Both the position numbers and the translations under genes were made by a program. 39,113 bases of DNA from Atribacterota bacterium. GTDB lineage: Bacteria > Atribacterota > Phoenicimicrobiia > Phoenicimicrobiales > Stramentimicrobiaceae. The stretch is taken from positions 1 through 39,113 of the forward strand of contig JAXGTM010000001.1 in assembly GCA_040774925.1 (NCBI GenBank), given 5' to 3'. Under the pieces are notes generated by a model. The model searched no databases, was not told the origin of the DNA, and saw nothing but the letters and a program-made list of their open reading frames with translations. This document shows positions 38,100 to 39,113 of the stretch, piece after piece (within the stretch, counting starts at the first letter, position 1; the number at the start of each line of letters is the position of its first letter).

Positions 38100-38781
38100 G
38101 ATTAGTGATGATATTGTCCATAAATATAAACCGTTGGTCAGGTCTATAGCCCTTAAATATATCAATTCCGGTGAACTGCTGGAAGATCTGGAGCAGATTG
38201 GTTACCTGGGGTTAATAAATGCTCACAACCTCTTCGATGAAAAGAAGGGTGTCAAATTTGAGACATATGCCTACTGGCTTATAAATGGAGAAATACGTCA
38301 CTATATCCGGGACAAAAACTCAGTGGTGAAGATTCCACACTGGATAAGGGATTATAACCGTAAAATTGACTCCTTTATAGAATCCTTCCGTAAGGAACAC
38401 CGGAGATTCCCCACTGTGGAAGAGATGTCAGCACATTTCAATATCACCGAAGAGGGTATTATGGAAATCCTGAAGGGCAGAAATGCTGTACAGGTGGTCT
38501 CTTTAGATAAAGGATTGAGACAGAATGATGAATCGACTATCCCTGTCCTGGATAAAATTAAAAGTAAAGAATATCAGAGCTTTCAGCTCCCGATAGAAGA
38601 TGTCATCTTCTTAAAGAATATTTTTAATAAACTGAAGACAATTCAAAAACAGGTAATCTATTACATCTTTTACAAGGACCTGACTCAGGTCAATATTGCT
38701 AAAAGAATGGGGCTAACCCAGAGGCAGGTTTCCCGTATCAAACAGGAAGCATTAGAAGAACTAAGAAAGAATTTTGAATAA
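38086..38781 (+). CDS. RNA polymerase sigma factor, group 3 (SigB/F/G / FliA-like)
   Basis: Region 2 (EDLEQIGYLGLINAHNLFD...FETYAYWLINGEIRHYIRD), region 3, and region 4.2 HTH (LTQVNIAKRMGLTQRQVSRIKQEALEELR). Start overlaps the upstream gene by 14 nt. Confidence 0.8.
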   Translation: MVTNKISDDIVHKYKPLVRSIALKYINSGELLEDLEQIGYLGLINAHNLFDEKKGVKFETYAYWLINGEIRHYIRDKNSVVKIPHWIRDYNRKIDSFIESFRKEHRRFPTVEEMSAHFNITEEGIMEILKGRNAVQVVSLDKGLRQNDESTIPVLDKIKSKEYQSFQLPIEDVIFLKNIFNKLKTIQKQVIYYIFYKDLTQVNIAKRMGLTQRQVSRIKQEALEELRKNFE

Positions 38782-38795
38782 AGGAGTTAGACAGA

Positions 38796-39113
38796 ATGCT
38801 TGGTAAAAAGATAGTGGTAAAATACAACAATGGTTCTTTAGTAAAGGGGTTTACTATAGATTTCAATCCAGATGAAGATATCTTCCATCTCTATGTTATA
38901 GATGAAGAGACGGAAGAGGCAGATGAAGATAAAAAGATAAAAATAAATATCAATGATATAAAAGCGGTCTTCTTTGTGAAGAGCTTTAAAGGGAATAAGG
39001 ATTACAAAAAAGTCAGGACCTTTAATGGCTATCCTGCAGGCGCTCTCACCGAACGGAGAATAATTGTTATTTTTAAAGATGGTGAAAATTTTTACGGCAC
39101 CACACACAGCTAT
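38796..39113 (+). CDS. Hypothetical protein, 3'-truncated by the window edge; not in the supplied ORF track
   Basis: ATG 38796 lies 9 nt after AAGGAG (38781-38786). The frame stays open to the window end (MLGKKIVVKYNNGSLVKGFTIDFNPDEDIFHLYVIDEE...IKAVFFVKSFKGNKDY...RRIIVIFKDGENFYGTTHSY). Co-directional with all neighbours. Confidence 0.6.
   Translation, partial: MLGKKIVVKYNNGSLVKGFTIDFNPDEDIFHLYVIDEETEEADEDKKIKININDIKAVFFVKSFKGNKDYKKVRTFNGYPAGALTERRIIVIFKDGENFYGTTHSY

Noticed and set aside
1-39113. Mobile elements, CRISPR arrays, tRNA/rRNA genes, toxin-antitoxin or defence-island signatures
   Set aside because: No transposase-, integrase- or Cas-like translations, no spaced direct-repeat arrays, no cloverleaf-like GTTCGAATC-type motifs, and no paired small ORFs were seen. 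Apart from the pilus and sigma modules, the window reads as core chromosome.

Overview
AT-rich bacterial chromosomal segment with about 37 credible genes, all on the + strand. Every minus-strand ORF in the track lies antisense to a conserved + strand gene. Gene order resembles Bacillus/Clostridia-type chromosomes in four blocks: prfA-prmC-ywlE-like-rpiB-upp; tmk-holB-yaaT-yabB-rsmI-metG; hisS...aspS followed by a 6S-like RNA; and alaS-ruvX-mltG-udk-yqeG. Most of the content is translation, nucleotide and cell-wall housekeeping. I saw no tRNA, rRNA, CRISPR array, IS element or prophage signature.

Type IV pilus (T4P) motor genes are inserted at three separate places. (i) pilT, a small stand-alone MshEN/GspE-N domain gene, then a second pilT (15040-17741). 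(ii) An orphan pilB wedged between rpsA and alaS (26198-27919). (iii) A second pilB plus pilC (34190-37490), followed by two overlapping sigma-factor paralogues, the first lacking region 4 (37554-38781). No pilin, prepilin peptidase or pilMNOPQ gene is visible.

Non-coding content: a T-box leader lies upstream of hisS; its specifier and discriminator readout fits tRNA-Asp rather than tRNA-His, and its Stem I looks truncated. A 6S-RNA-like locus with a strong extended -10 promoter sits upstream of the 5-formyl-THF cyclo-ligase gene. There are a few intrinsic terminators.

The best candidates for undescribed biology are the PilT/stand-alone MshEN/PilT cassette (a possible c-di-GMP input to pilus retraction) and the region-4-less sigma paralogue translationally coupled to a full-length group-3 sigma. 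All calls rest on reading the translations and sequence by eye; no database search or RNA folding program was run.
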